From Felis catus (taxonomy: Eukaryota): DNA of 64,000 nucleotides. Below, one piece after another: positions 24,041 to 36,537 of this stretch (its first letter is position 1; each line of letters begins with the position of its first letter). Both the position numbers and the translations under genes were made by a program. The stretch covers positions 110,114,001 to 110,178,000 of the forward strand of contig NC_058373.1 in the NCBI RefSeq assembly GCF_018350175.1, in the 5' to 3' direction. The notes beneath the pieces were generated by a model. The model worked only from the letters and a program-made list of their open reading frames with translations, made no database searches and was not told the origin of the DNA.

Positions 24041-26593
24041 TCTATGGTTTCTTAACTAACATAAAAATTTATAGTTTCTTATTTCAACAGCAATTTTATT
24101 TGATTTTTTAACTTCTAACTTTGTTTTGCCTGTCACAACAAAGTTTATTATGAAAATAGGCTGGTATGGATAAGGACAGATCAACAGCAATTTTAACCAT
24201 GGATAGATCAAAGAATGAGGACTTTTAATAAATTATTCCTGTGCATAATATGATTTCACATATGCAAAATATATAGTAATAATATAGTTCATTTAAACAT
24301 GTCCTCATAAATGGAAGCTAGTATAATAAAGTTTAATTTTTTATTTTAAATAATGCTGTAGGGTGGAAAAGAGTTTTCATAAATATGAGAGAGTAAGGTT
24401 TACGGTAACATACAGAGAACTCATAGAAATTAGTGAGTAAACCACTGAGATCCAAGTGGATATTTGTACACAGGAAACAAATTGGCAATTGTGAAAAAAA
24501 AGAGACATAGTTGAACCTCATGAGTAGTCAAAGGAAACCAAAGCTACTCCAAAATACCTCTGTTGGCTTTCTGATAGTCAGTGAGATGTCTACTCTTTAT
24601 GTTGCTGGTCAGAGAGCATACTGACACTACTCTTTTGGAAAACATTTTGACAGTATTATTCAAGATCCTTGAAAATACGCCTCCCATTTGACCAAATATT
24701 TTACTTCTAGGATTAATTTTAAATATGGAAGATTCTTAATACCAAAGACATTCCTTGCAGCACTTTAAAATGTACTAATTTCCTTCTTTCTTCACTGGCC
24801 AAACCATACCCCCCTCCACTCCAATGACTGACTTGCCTCAGAAGCTGGAAAATCCTGAGGCCAGCAAAATTGGTTTTATTTGCAAATAAGAGTATCATGT
24901 GGCTTCGAGGTTTTAAGTAACACTGCTACCACTACTAAAAATGATAACGGTGATGATAGTAAAAGCTTCGGCCATTGATGGCTTGGCCATCGTGTGCCAA
25001 GTTCTTCACACATTATTGTATGGTTTCATTCCCAAATAATCCTGCAAGGGTTAAGTATTAACCCTGTTATATTGATGAGAAAACCAAGGTTTAGAGAATT
25101 TTAGAAGTAACTGTAGGGTTTGTAATGTTATTAACACAGTGTTAAGAATGAAGAACAAAGGAATTCCTCACCCTGCCCTGTCAGTTTTCCCGATTTCTTG
25201 TGGGATTGTCAAAGGAGATATATACTCAAAAAATAAGAACAAATAGTATTGCTTTATTATAAGTTGCATGAGTGCCCACTACCCCAGCAGGTTCTCTGGG
25301 AAGATGTGGTTCAAGCATCAGGCCAGCCTAAATGCTTACAAGGCCTTTTTCTCCTCCAGATCGAAATCCAAGTCTTAGAATCTTATCACAGAGTAGCTCA
25401 GATATGGATACAGGGACCTGGGTTCTTCATCTTATGTCAAGATAGGTTCATAATGCTGGTCTCAAGGATCTTACCTGTTAAGTGATAAGAAGCAGAAAAA
25501 AGAACCACATCCACATATTGTATTTCTCAGGCACGCTGATCCTGCTTACCAGTAACGTCTAATTTATGTCTTGGAATTTGGACAGATTAGCATCTTCCTC
25601 TGTAACCAAGGCAAAAAGTGAGGATAGAGGTTAAGTGACTTTCCCAAGATTATATGGCTGATAAATGGCATAATCATGATTTAATCCCAGATCTGTGTGA
25701 CTACAAAGTCATGTTTCAATCATCATAATATTGCCTTCTCTGTAAATGTTTGAAATACATATATGGCAGAAATAAAAATTAACTTTGCGTTGTCTCTTCC
25801 CCCTTTCTCATCTGTAGAGGTTTGGTCACAAAGGCATTTTAAAAATTAATAAAATCACGAATTCCCTTTATGAAATGTATAAGAGCCTAAGCATTTATTA
25901 TTATATTGAGAATCTTTTAGTATGGTATCTGGCATATGAGCAGTTTACATATTTGCTGGAATAATACGTTACTTTGTGATGTAAAATTATATTTTGTGAT
26001 GAATTACATACCGTCTTCAGAAACAATCCATTTCTGTAGTATGTATTTGTAGTGTGATGCTTTGCACCAGTGGCTGAAATATGATATCACTGAGAACTTT
26101 TGTCTTTCAAACCATAGAAACCTGGATGTTTATCTAGGATATGGGGCCAGATTTCCACTCTCTTTAATGAAAGACAGAAGTGCAAGAGTAAGACTAAAGG
26201 CTGGAATGTCAGGGGACCATTCAAGTTTGGGAAAAGACAGCGTGAGCCTACTTTCCTTTATTCTACCCTTTCAATGTATTGTGGAACAAAACCCACAGTT
26301 CCTGTCAGTGCTAAAGATACCCTCTCCTGCTCGCTCTTTTTTCTTCACCCAGTGGCGGCATATGTCAATTGTAACAACAGAGTTCTTTGAATGTATTGAA
26401 AATTACGCCATACAATTGAACAAATTCTTTTTCCATTTAATTGAACAAAAATGTATTATGCCCGTTGCAGAGGCTTGTGCCAGGAGGAAAAACACTGGAG
26501 TTTGCAATCAGCTTTGAAGATGTATCAGTCAGCATCCAGTCAGGAGACAGAAACCCCTCCAGTAATTTTTTTCTATTTTAAAATTTTTATTCA

Positions 26594-26594
<1 letters not shown>

Positions 26595-26632
<38 letters not shown>
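26595..26632. repeat. (TTA)n microsatellite in L1 tail
   Basis: About 12 direct TTA units. Confidence 0.95.
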
Positions 26633-27268
26633 TTATCTTTCTTTTTCTTTCTACAATTTATTTATTTTTTATAATTTACATCCAAGTTAGTTAGCATATA
26701 GTGCAACAATGATTTCAGGAGTAGATACCTTAATGCCCCTTGCTCATTTAGCCCTTCCCCCCCTCCCACAACCTCTCCAGTAACCCTATGTTTGTTCTCC
26801 ATATTTAAGACTCTCTTATGTTTTGTCCCCCTCCCTGTTGTTTTTTTTTTTTTTTTATAAATTTTTTTTTTCAACATTTATTTATTTTTGGGACAGAGAG
26901 AGACAGAGCATGAACGGGGGAGGGGCAGAGAGAGAGGGAGACACAGAATCGGAAACAGGCTCCAGGCTCCGAGCCATCAGCCCAGAGCCCGACGCGGGGC
27001 TCGAACTCCCGGACCGCGAGATCGTGACCTGGCTGAAGTCGGACGCTTAACCGACTGCGCCACCCAGGCGCCCCCCCCTCCCTGTTTTTACATTCTTTTT
27101 GCTTCCCTTCCCTTATGTTCGTCTGTTTTCTATCTTAAAGTCCTCATATGAGTGAAGTCATATGATATTTGTCTTTCTCTAATTTCCCTTAGCCTAATAC
27201 CCTCTAGTTCCGTCCACGTAGTTGCAAATGGCAAGATTTCATTCTTTTTGGTCGCTGAGTAATACTCC
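26633..27268 (-). mobile_element. Carnivore L1 3' end with nested young SINEC_Fc (26841-27072)
   Basis: TTTACATCCAAGTTAGTTAGCATATAG L1 3'UTR; SINE TSD CCCCCTCCCTGTT. Confidence 0.88.
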
Positions 27269-27279
27269 TCAGTTTTTAT

Positions 27280-28745
27280 TATTTTAATTAAATTTTTATT
27301 TTGAGATAATTGTAGATTCTCATGCGGTTGTAAGAAATTATACAGAGAAATCCTGAGTACCCTTTACTGTAAGTTTCCCCAATGTTAAATCTTATAAAAT
27401 GATGTAGTACAATATTGCAGTCAGGACACTGCCATTGATACAGTCAAGATCAAGAATGCTTCCATCACCACGAGGATCCGTCATGCTGTCCTTTTATAGC
27501 CCTACCCTTTTTCCTCCTGTACATACACATACAGTATGTAACTTGGGAATTGGCTATTTCACACTCAGCATAATTCTCTGGAGATTCACTCAGATTCTTG
27601 CATGTGTTGGTAGTTTGTTCCCTTTTCTTGCTGTGTAGTTTTCCATGGTATGGATGTAACCACAGTTTGTTCCGTTACTCGCCGCTGAAGGGCATCTGGG
27701 TTGTTTATAATTTCGGGCTATTACAAGTAAAGCTGCTATAAACACATTCATATAGGGGTCTTTATGTGAATGTAAGTTTTTATTTCTCAGGGTTAACTGC
27801 GTAGGAGTGCAGTTGCTGGCCTGTATGTTAATCGTGTATTTAGTTTTTAGAGAAACTGCCCAACTACTCCCACCAGCATTGTGGAATGATCCAGTTTCTC
27901 TGCATCGCTGCCAGCATTAGATGCTGTCTCAATTTTTTTTTTTTTAACTCATGCTGATAGGTATGTAGTGGTATCACATTATGGTTTTAATTTGCATCTT
28001 CCTAATTGCTAATGGTATTGATAATCTTTTCTCGTGCTTGTTGGCCATCTGTATGTCATCTTGGGGGAATTATCTCTTCATATCTTTTGCTTATTTACTC
28101 TAATTAGATTTGTTTTGTTTTGTTACTGTTGCGTTTTGAGCATTCTTCTTATGTTCTAGATACTAACCCTTTGTTAGGCGATTTGCAAATACTTTCTCCT
28201 AAACTGGAGCTTGTCTTTTCATCCTCATAACAGGGTCTTTTGCAAAGCAAAAGGTTTTCATTTCAGTAAAGTACTATTTGTCGTTTTCTCCTTTCATGCA
28301 TTGTACTTTTGGTGTTAAAATCTGAGAGTCTTCGTGTAGCTCAAGATCCTGAAGATTTTCTCATATTTTTTTTTCCTAAAAGTTTTATAGTGTTATGATT
28401 TACACTTAAGCCCGTCATCCATTTAGAGTAAGTTTCTATATAAGGTATGAGACTTAGGTCTATAGATGTCTAGTTGCTCCAGTGCCATATATTGAAAAGG
28501 CTCTCTTTCCTCCATTGAATTGATTTTGCACTTTGTCAAAAATCAGTTGGGCAAACTCTTTGGGTCTCCTTCCAGTTCACTGTTCTTTTCCATTGATCTA
28601 TGTGTCTATCTCTTTGCCAAGACCACATTATCTTTATTACTGTACCTCTATGATAAGTCTTAAAATCAGGTAGACCGATTCTTCCTACTTTCTTCTTCTT
28701 TTTCAAATGTTTTAGGTCTTCTAGTTTGTTCAGCATGCCATATAA
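27280..28745 (-). mobile_element. Old L1 (L1M) 3' region
   Basis: TTTGAGATAATTGTAGATTC 3' end; degenerate ORF2-like translation (LPDFKTY...WQRDRHIDQW). Confidence 0.85.
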
Positions 28746-29155
28746 ATTTTATCTATCTATCTATCTATCTAAGGGAAAAAGAAAATTCAGGGAACTTACC
28801 ACCAAATTGGTGTTCAGGAGCTGGTCTTGAACTCTCCACTTTTCATTCTTACTAAGTTTGTTTCTTATATGATATCTAGAGATTTTAGTTGTACTTAATG
28901 GGAAGAATAGGGAAAATTATGTCTACTCCATATTTCCAGAAATGGAAGTCCCCTGCAGTGTATACTTTTTTAGGTGTTTGCCTATGAGAAATCTATTTTC
29001 AAATTTTATATCGTTGTTAAAAATGCTCAGGTAAGACTGGAAAGCTGAGTGAAACATTACATTCGTCAACACTCAAATTTTATTTTGTAGTTTAAGACCA
29101 TCGGCCTTTTGATAATACAGTATTTTACCTTCCATGTTAGAAATGATATTGGGGG

Positions 29156-30146
29156 TTAACAAATGGTGCTGGGAGAACTGGACAGCAACATGCAGAAGGT
29201 GGAAACTAGACCACTTTCTCACACCATTCACAAAAATAAACTCAAAATGGATAAAGGACCTGAATGTGAGACAGGAAACCATCAAAACCCTAGAGGAGAA
29301 AGCAGGAAAAGACCTCTCTGACCTCAGCTGCAGTAATTTCTTACTTGACACATCCCCAAAGGCAAGGGAATTAAAAGCAAAAATGAACTATTGGGATCTC
29401 ATGAAGATAAAAAGCTTCTGCACAGCAAAGGAAACAATCAACAAAACTAAAAGGCGACCAACGGAATGGGAAAAGATATTTGCAAATGACATATCGGACA
29501 AAGGGCTAGTATCCAAAATCTATAAAGAGCTCACCAAACTCCACACCCGAAAAACAAATAATCCAGTGAAGAAATGGGCAGAAAACATGAATAGACACTT
29601 CTCTAAAGAAGACGTCCGGATGGCCAACAGGCACATGAAAAGATGCTCAACGTCGCTCCTCATCAGGGAAATACAAATCAAAACCACACTCAGATATCAC
29701 CTCATGCCAGTCAGAGTGGCCAGAATGAACAAATCAGGAGACTATAGATGCTGGAGAGGATGTGGAGAAACGGGAACCCTCTTGCACTGTTGGTGGGAAT
29801 GCAAATTGGTGCAGCCGCTCTGGAAAACAGTGTGGAGGTTCCTCAAAAAATTAAAAATGGACCTACCCTATGACCAGCAGTAGCACTGCTAGGAATTTAC
29901 CCAAGGGATACAGGAGTACTGATGCACAGGGGCACTTGTACCCCAATGTTTATAGCAGTACTCTCAACAATAGCCAAATTATGGAAAGAGCCTAAATGTC
30001 CATCAACTGATGAATGGATAAAGAAATTGTGGTTTATACACACAATGGAATACTACGTGACAATGAGAAAGAATGAAATATGGCCCTTCGTAGCAACGTG
30101 GATGGAACTGGAAAGTGTGATGCTAAGTGAAATAAGCCATACAGAG
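29156..30146 (+). mobile_element. Young feline L1 ORF2 C-terminal fragment, truncated at both ends, no 3'UTR or poly(A)
   Basis: NKWCWENW...[17 protein letters not shown]2 motifs; frameshift/stop near 29875-29883; lies within a split SINE. Confidence 0.95.
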
Positions 30147-30244
30147 TTGCAGAGACTGCTTGGGATTCTTTCTCTCCTTCTCTCTGACCCTCCCCGGCTT
30201 GTTCTCTCTCTTTCTCTCTCTCTCTCAAATAAAGAAAGAAAGCG
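30147..30244 (+). mobile_element. 3' half of an older Can-SINE (its 5' GGGGG remnant is at 29151-29155)
   Basis: GCAGAGACTGCTTGGGATTCT, (CT)n, AAATAAAG; TSD AGAAATGAT(GT)ATT shared with 29139-29150. Confidence 0.85.
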
Positions 30245-30649
30245 AGAAATGATGTATTAAAGATATATTAGAGTTCTGTTTTATTCAGATGAGCATTGTT
30301 CTTCAACTTCCACAGATGATTACTGTTAGAGGAATCTAGGAACTGCCTTTTTTTATACTATTGAATGAAGGTTTTTGTTTTGTTTTGTTTTTGTTTTGTT
30401 TTTTTGTAGACTGTTATTTCACCTGGACAGGAAACATGGCTTTAGATTATTACAATTATTTCATCATGCAGCGTGGGAAGAAATTTTGGTGTAGGATTAC
30501 TGGTAAATGAGATGGTTAGGATTCTAAAAACTTTTTATTGAGAAAGTGGGAAAATAACAGCCTGCTTTAGAAAAGATAATGTACAAAGTACATATTAAAG
30601 TATTAATATAAAGTATTAATATGGACTATCCTCTGTTATGATGTTGTGG

Positions 30650-30850
30650 ATTTTTTTTTTAAGTTTATTTATTTATTTGAGGTGAGGGGAGGAGAGGCAG
30701 AGAGAGAGGGGGAGAGAGAATCCTAGGTAGCCTCTGCATTGTCAGCACAGAGCCCAATGCAGGGCTCAAACTCACAAACTGCAAGAGATTCTGCCATGAG
30801 CCAAAACCAGGAGTCCAACGTTTAACCAACTGAGCCACCCAGGTGTCCCT
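30650..30850 (-). mobile_element. Older Can-SINE
   Basis: Reverse head CCACCCAGGTGTCCC; TSD-like TATGATRTTGT. Confidence 0.88.
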
Positions 30851-30954
30851 ATGATATTGTTTTTAAGCTGAATAGCCAATAATAGAATTTTGGTTCTTAC
30901 TAATTTTTCTATGTAAATCTATCAAAAATGTGTTAACCTAACTTTTTTTTACAG

Positions 30955-31113
30955 ATTGAAATTGTCAAAGAAGAATTTAATGAACATTTAGAAGTTGTAG
31001 ACAAGATTAACCAGGTCTGTAGAAACCTACAATTTCATCTAAATAAAATGAGAAGTTTTGAGGAGCCTCCTTTTGAGAAAGAAGCTAATATTATTGTGGA
31101 TAGATGGCTTGAT
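30955..31113 (+). CDS. SYNE2: SYNE2 window exon 14 (159 nt) IEIVKEEFNEHLE...IVDRWLD
   Basis: ctaac branch point, ttttacag| ... GAT|gtgagt; phase 0/0. Confidence 0.94.
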
Positions 31114-31757
31114 GTGAGTGACAATTTAATTCATTAACAATCCTCTTTGATAACAAATTGATCTTCTCTGTTGTATCTTTAGTATTTTTATCTAATTACA
31201 AAGTTCAAAAGGGTTCATTGTAAAAATGTTCAAATAATATAAAATTTATGACTTAGGAATTATTAATTTTACCTGCAGAGTTAGACGCTACTAAGAAATG
31301 GGTCTATACACGCAGATATAAAAGCACATACGCAACTTATTTAAAATAAAGTAGTTAATATATTAACCATTCATGCAGGATATTCATGCTCAACTATGTA
31401 TTTAATACAGTTTTGGTTGAGTAATAGTTATATTGTTATGAATTACAAATTAAGAATTTGTGTTATATTTTCATCTGAGTTTTTAAAAACACCTTTAATT
31501 TATTGCAGGTTAGAAATTAGGAAGACGATTGCTTTCAGTTGCCTGTAAGTGGCAGCAAAGTTGGTTTCTTTTTTGTGGAAGAAAGAACTATGTTATGTGT
31601 TAAAGCACATTTTTTTGTTGTTGATAAATAAAGCAAATTGTTCAACAAGCAAAGGCAAATTTTTATTTTAAAATAATGTGTGATTGAAACAATGGTTTTC
31701 ATACTTTTTTTTTTTTTTACCACTAAATGTGTTATTTCTGTTTTTTAATTATGGCAG

Positions 31758-31919
31758 ATAAATGAAAAAACCGAAGACTACTATGAAAATCTTGGTCGAG
31801 CTCTGGCTTTATGGGACAAGCTTTTTAACTTAAAAAATGTCATTGATGAGTGGACTGAAAAGGTCCTTCGAAAAGTGGAATTAAATCAACTGACTGAAGA
31901 AGAAAGAGAAAAGCTGAAG
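31758..31919 (+). CDS. SYNE2: SYNE2 window exon 15 (162 nt) INEKTEDYYENLGRALALWD...EREKLK
   Basis: atggcag| ... AAG|gtaatt; phase 0/0. Confidence 0.93.
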
Positions 31920-32667
31920 GTAATTTAACAGATAAAATGTATGTTCTTTTTGTACACAGTTGACATTGAATATTGAGCTTGCTTTCTTGAAGCAGCGTAG
32001 AGAAATCACCAAGAAATGTTTTCTTTCTTTCATTATCCCTTGAGTGGGACCGCAATTCTCTTGTTTCCTTTGATATGTAGGAAGATGTTAGCAGGTATTA
32101 TTAATCTGGGGTTCACAGACACCTGAGTGGTTAGTGGATAAAATGACCTTATATGGGAAAAATTGCATCTTTACCTTTCTGAATGTCTAACCAAAATATA
32201 ATGTGTTTCAGTTATGAATGTAGTCAACACACATAGCAGGATGAACATTGTATGTGACTTTGTTATCAAGATAGTCACAGGTATTTGGGGGTCATTATCT
32301 AGTTGTAACTGTTACCCTTTTCACTACTTTGAAATTATGGCTGTTAGTAGGATCACTGCTAGATCTTATTATTTAAGGTATTAATATAGAAACATACATA
32401 TTACTATAGCACAAGTTATTTTTAATACTTTGATAACTGTAAGTCAGTATAATTGTTTTCCTTTATATTTCTACATAATTTATCTTTTGTTTTTAAAATA
32501 TTATTATGCATTCAAAAATAAATAAATAAATAATAAAATATTATTATGCAAAGGGTCCACAGGATTCACCAGACTATCAGAAGCATTGTATGGTATAAGC
32601 AACATTAATAACTCCTGGAAGACACCCCACCAAATGCATAATTGTTCCCAAGTGGGAACCCCTGTCT

Positions 32668-32880
32668 CAGGGGTTGGCAGATTTTTTTTTTAAGGGGCCA
32701 AATTGTAAATATTTTAAGCTTGTAGATCATTTGGTCACGGTTGTCACAATTGATTAATGCTGCTGTTGTAGCATAAAAGCACTCAGTCATAGACGGCACA
32801 TAAATGCTTGAAAGTAACTGGGTTCCAATAAAACTTTATTTATAAAAACAGACTACCAGCCCTTAGACTATTAACCCCTG
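32668..32880 (+). mobile_element. MER58-like hAT-Charlie DNA transposon relic
   Basis: CAGGGGTTGGCAGA...GTTCCAATAAAACTTTATTTATAAAAACAG...AACCCCTG with terminal inverted repeats. Confidence 0.75.
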
Positions 32881-32987
32881 ATCTAGATCATGATTATGAA
32901 CAACCTTCATAATTTGAATCAAGCAGTCTCTCCCTCCGAAAGATTAGAAAAAAATACCAGGCCGAGTATCAGAATCTTTATAGAGCT

Positions 32988-33271
32988 TCTTTTTTTTTTT
33001 TTTTTTTTTTTAATGAAATTTATTGTCAAATTGGTTTCCCTATAACACCCAGTGCTCATCCCAACAGGTGCCCTCCTCAACACCCATCACCCACCCAACC
33101 CTCCCTCCCACCCCCCATCAACCCTCAGTTTGTTGTCAGTTTTTAGGAGTCTCTTATGTTTTAGCTCCCTCCTTCTCTAGCCTTTTTTTTTTTTCTTCCT
33201 TCCCCTCCCCCATGGTCTTCTGTTAAGTTTCTGAGGATCCACATTAAGAGTGAAAACATGGTATCTGTCTT
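32988..33271 (-). mobile_element. Short young feline L1 3' end
   Basis: Poly(T) then ATGAAATTTATTGTCAAATTGGTTTCC, same 3'UTR as 42416-43039; no clear TSD. Confidence 0.9.
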
Positions 33272-33769
33272 CAAACAAGGCTAGTTTTTAAAACAGTAAT
33301 CTCAGGTTTTGCCATTTGGAAAGAATTTGTCTATTTTAACACTAGGAAGAATTTTTTCTAATTGTTTGTTTATATATTATTCATTTGGAGCATATAAAAT
33401 CTCTACCTTTGTAGATCAGAAAATATTCAAATATTGGCAATTATATGTGGTCCAATGTAACAGAAAAATGTACGTATGTGCACATGAAGCCTTTACAATA
33501 TGCCAGGTCTAATGCTTCCCGTCTCATTTTTTTTCCTCGAATCTTTGTTATTTTATTCATTCTTAAATTCACATATCCACTTTTATACACTTGGAAAAGG
33601 TTTCCAGAAAGTGTAGAGATTTACGAGTTTCCTGTGTATATGGTGATAGAAATTATGATTTTCTAGGTGTAAATGAACAAGTTCCTTAAAAATGCCTTGA
33701 AATGCAGGTTGTTTAAAACTTTGAAGTTAAGGACTGTAAACTACCAGCCTGTGAGCCAAATTCTGCCAA

Positions 33770-33771
<2 letters not shown>

Positions 33772-33817
<46 letters not shown>
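33772..33817. repeat. (GT)~23 microsatellite
   Basis: Direct reading. Confidence 0.97.
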
Positions 33818-33819
<2 letters not shown>

Positions 33820-34140
33820 TGCTTGCACATGTGCACGTGCACATGCGGGCACAGTTTATGTGTACAGATGTATGACATGTGATGCAGGCACTGCATTCTG
33901 ATATAGCAGAAGCCTGGCCCCTCTCTGTCGTCTTCTAGCTGGAATGCTTTGCTCAATTATAACATTTTCCTGACTCATAAAGCCACTTGGGTTTGTGACT
34001 CCCAGGACTCATTCAAAAAACAAGGGATTTGGGGCAATCCAAAGTTTCTCTCGGTTTCTATATATTAATAATCATAATCATGAGTACCAGAAAATAAGGT
34101 ATAAGATAAAAAGGTATTATCCACTAATATTATGTTTTAG

Positions 34141-34242
34141 GAAGAGTTACAAGTCCACGAACAAAAATCTTCAGAATTTTCTAAAAGAGTGGCTAAAATA
34201 CAGTTTCTCCTTCAAAGCAGCGAAACGCCTCTTGAATTGCAG
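34141..34242 (+). CDS. SYNE2: SYNE2 window exon 16 (102 nt) EELQVHEQKS...TPLELQ
   Basis: gttttag| ... CAG|gtaaga; phase 0/0. Confidence 0.93.
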
Positions 34243-34340
34243 GTAAGAGAATTTTTATTTAACAGTTGCAATTAAAGCACTCTGAAGTAACTCATGTCCA
34301 TAAACGAGAATTCGAAATCTTAAACCTAAAGTAAAATTAG

Positions 34341-34566
34341 GGGGTGCCTGGGTGGCTCAGTCAGTTAAGCGTCCAACTTCGGCTCAGGTCATGATCTAAT
34401 GGCTTGTGGGTTCAAGCCCTGGGTTGGGCTGTGTGCTGACAGCTCAGAGCCTGGAGCTGCTTCAGATTCTGTGTCTCCTTTGTCTCTGCCCCTCCCCCAC
34501 TTGCACTATGTCTCTCTCTCTCTCTCTTTCTCTCAAAAACAAACATTAAAAAATTTTTAAAAAATA
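34341..34566 (+). mobile_element. Can-SINE
   Basis: TSD TAAAGTAAAATTAGG. Confidence 0.93.
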
Positions 34567-35115
34567 ATAAAGTAAAATTAGGATCATTATTTAGTTCATC
34601 TTTATTCAATTCCTGTATTAAGTCCAACTGAATTTTTAATACTTGGCATAGTTCATTATGTTTGTTTAGAGTAAGTATATATTTTTTTATTGTTTTATTA
34701 ACTTATTTCCAGGCCTCTTGTGTGGAGCTGGAGATCTTGTCATGCTTCTGTTTGAAGGAGAGGGTTTCCTCTTGAGTGTCCTTTGGCCATAAGAAGGAGA
34801 AAATGACTCGTGTGAGTCTATGTTTATTAATGGCTAGATGGAGGAAGCAGGGAGATGGACCAAAGTGTGATTTTCTGTTGTGTGAAGAGATTTGTTACAA
34901 TTTTTATTTAGGTAGAGGACATGGTGGCTGAGTATGAGCTCTGGAGTCAGACTTTCTGGGTGAGGTCCCGGCTCTGTCATCAGCTAGCTTTATGATCTCG
35001 GGCAAGTCAAGTTACTCAACATTCTAAAGCCTGAATTTTGTCCATCAAGTGCTTACCACAGTGCTGTTGTGTACATAATAAATGCTCGATAAATGCTGGC
35101 TATTTAATTTTTCTG

Positions 35116-35602
35116 TTTTTTTTAATGTTTATTTTTGAGAGAGAGAGAGTGAGACAGAGCATGACCAGGGGAGGGGCAGAGAGAGAGGGAGACATAGAAT
35201 CGGAAGCAGGTTCCAGGCTCTGAGCCGTCAGCACAGAGCCTACGTGGGACCCGAACTACAAACCGTAAGATCATGACCTGAGCCGAAGTCAGACGCTCAA
35301 CCTACTGAGTCATCCAGGCGTCCCAATTTTTCTGTATGTTTTAATACATTTTCAAATGAGTGCCATGAGATGGTACCTCAATTGTTATGCTAGATGAAAC
35401 TTGCTTTGGGGGGGGTAGGATTTTCAAATTAGTTTATTTTTAAAGTTCATTTATTTATTTGAGAGAGAGAGAGCAAGCGAGGGAGGGGCGGAGTGAGGGA
35501 GAGTATATCCCCACTTGGGGCTTGAACTCATGAACCGTGAGATCATGACCTGAGCCGATATCAAGAGTCAGACGCTTAACCGACTGAGCCATCCAGGCAC
35601 AT
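35116..35602 (-). mobile_element. Two neighbouring Can-SINEs (35116-35324 and 35436-35602)
   Basis: TSDs AATTTTTCTGT and CAAATTAGTTT. Confidence 0.9.
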
Positions 35603-35820
35603 TCCCACCCCCCAGCCCACAAATTAGTTTTTTAGAACAAAGACAGAATGTCAATCTCAGTTTTTCATGTTATTCTTTTTGAAACAATTTAAATTGTATC
35701 AGTGATGTAGAACAATGAGGAATTAATTCAACGTCTCAACTCATTCTCTAGCAGTGCAGTTGTCTTAAAATCTAGTGAAATAAATTTGTTAATTTGACTT
35801 CATATATATCCTGATTTCAG

Positions 35821-36021
35821 GTCATGGAGTCCTCTGTTTTAAACAAGATAGAAAATGTAAAAATGCATTTAACAGGAGACTCCACCTGCTCTGCGCTCAG
35901 TGGCCATACAGCTGAGCTGAGGGAGGATCTCGACCAAGCCAAGACTCAGATCGGAATGACTGAGTCCCTGTTAAAAGCCCTGTCTCCTTCCGACAGCTTA
36001 GAGATCTTTACTAAACTAGAG
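35821..36021 (+). CDS. SYNE2: SYNE2 window exon 17 (201 nt) VMESSVLNKIE...EIFTKLE
   Basis: atttcag| ... GAG|gtatgt; phase 0/0. Confidence 0.93.
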
Positions 36022-36365
36022 GTATGTCCCACCTGCTTCTCTTCTGTGGTTCAGGTTTATTTTCACGCTTATTTCTGATGACTTTGGCCTCTTGAAGTTA
36101 ATGAAAAGTAGTAACTATTCAAAAAAATGAAAGTTGGGGGAAAAAACCTCAGAAAAACAATTTGCGTTCATTTAGTTGAATTGCTTTGAGGGCAGTAATT
36201 ATTTGATGTTAATTTGTGTTGCAGTATACATTTACCGGCTAAGATAAAGCGAATCCACTCAACAGAAAAATCATCTAGATTTTTACAAAAACAATGGAGA
36301 TCTATTCTACTATGTGTAAATTGAACGCATTTTGAGACTTAATGGTTGTTTGTTTATGTATTTAG

Positions 36366-36537
36366 GAGATACAACAGCAAATCCTACAGCAAAAGCACAG
36401 TATGATGTTACTGGAGAATCAAATAGGTTGTCTGACTCCTGAACTCTCTGAATTAAAAAAGCAATATGAAAGTGTCAGTGATTTATTTAATACCAAAAAA
36501 AGTGTTTTGCAAGATCACTTTTCTAAGTTATTGAATG
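36366..36537 (+). CDS. SYNE2: SYNE2 window exon 18 (172 nt) EIQQQILQQKHS...HFSKLLN
   Basis: tatttag| ... ATG|gtaagt; phase 0/1; two further in-frame donors at 36552 and 36567 (see findings). Confidence 0.9.

Noticed and set aside
29134..30260. 249-aa and 112-aa ORFs as a protein-coding gene
   Set aside because: L1 ORF2 C-terminal fragment with a frameshift/stop; no EN or RT domain, no promoter.
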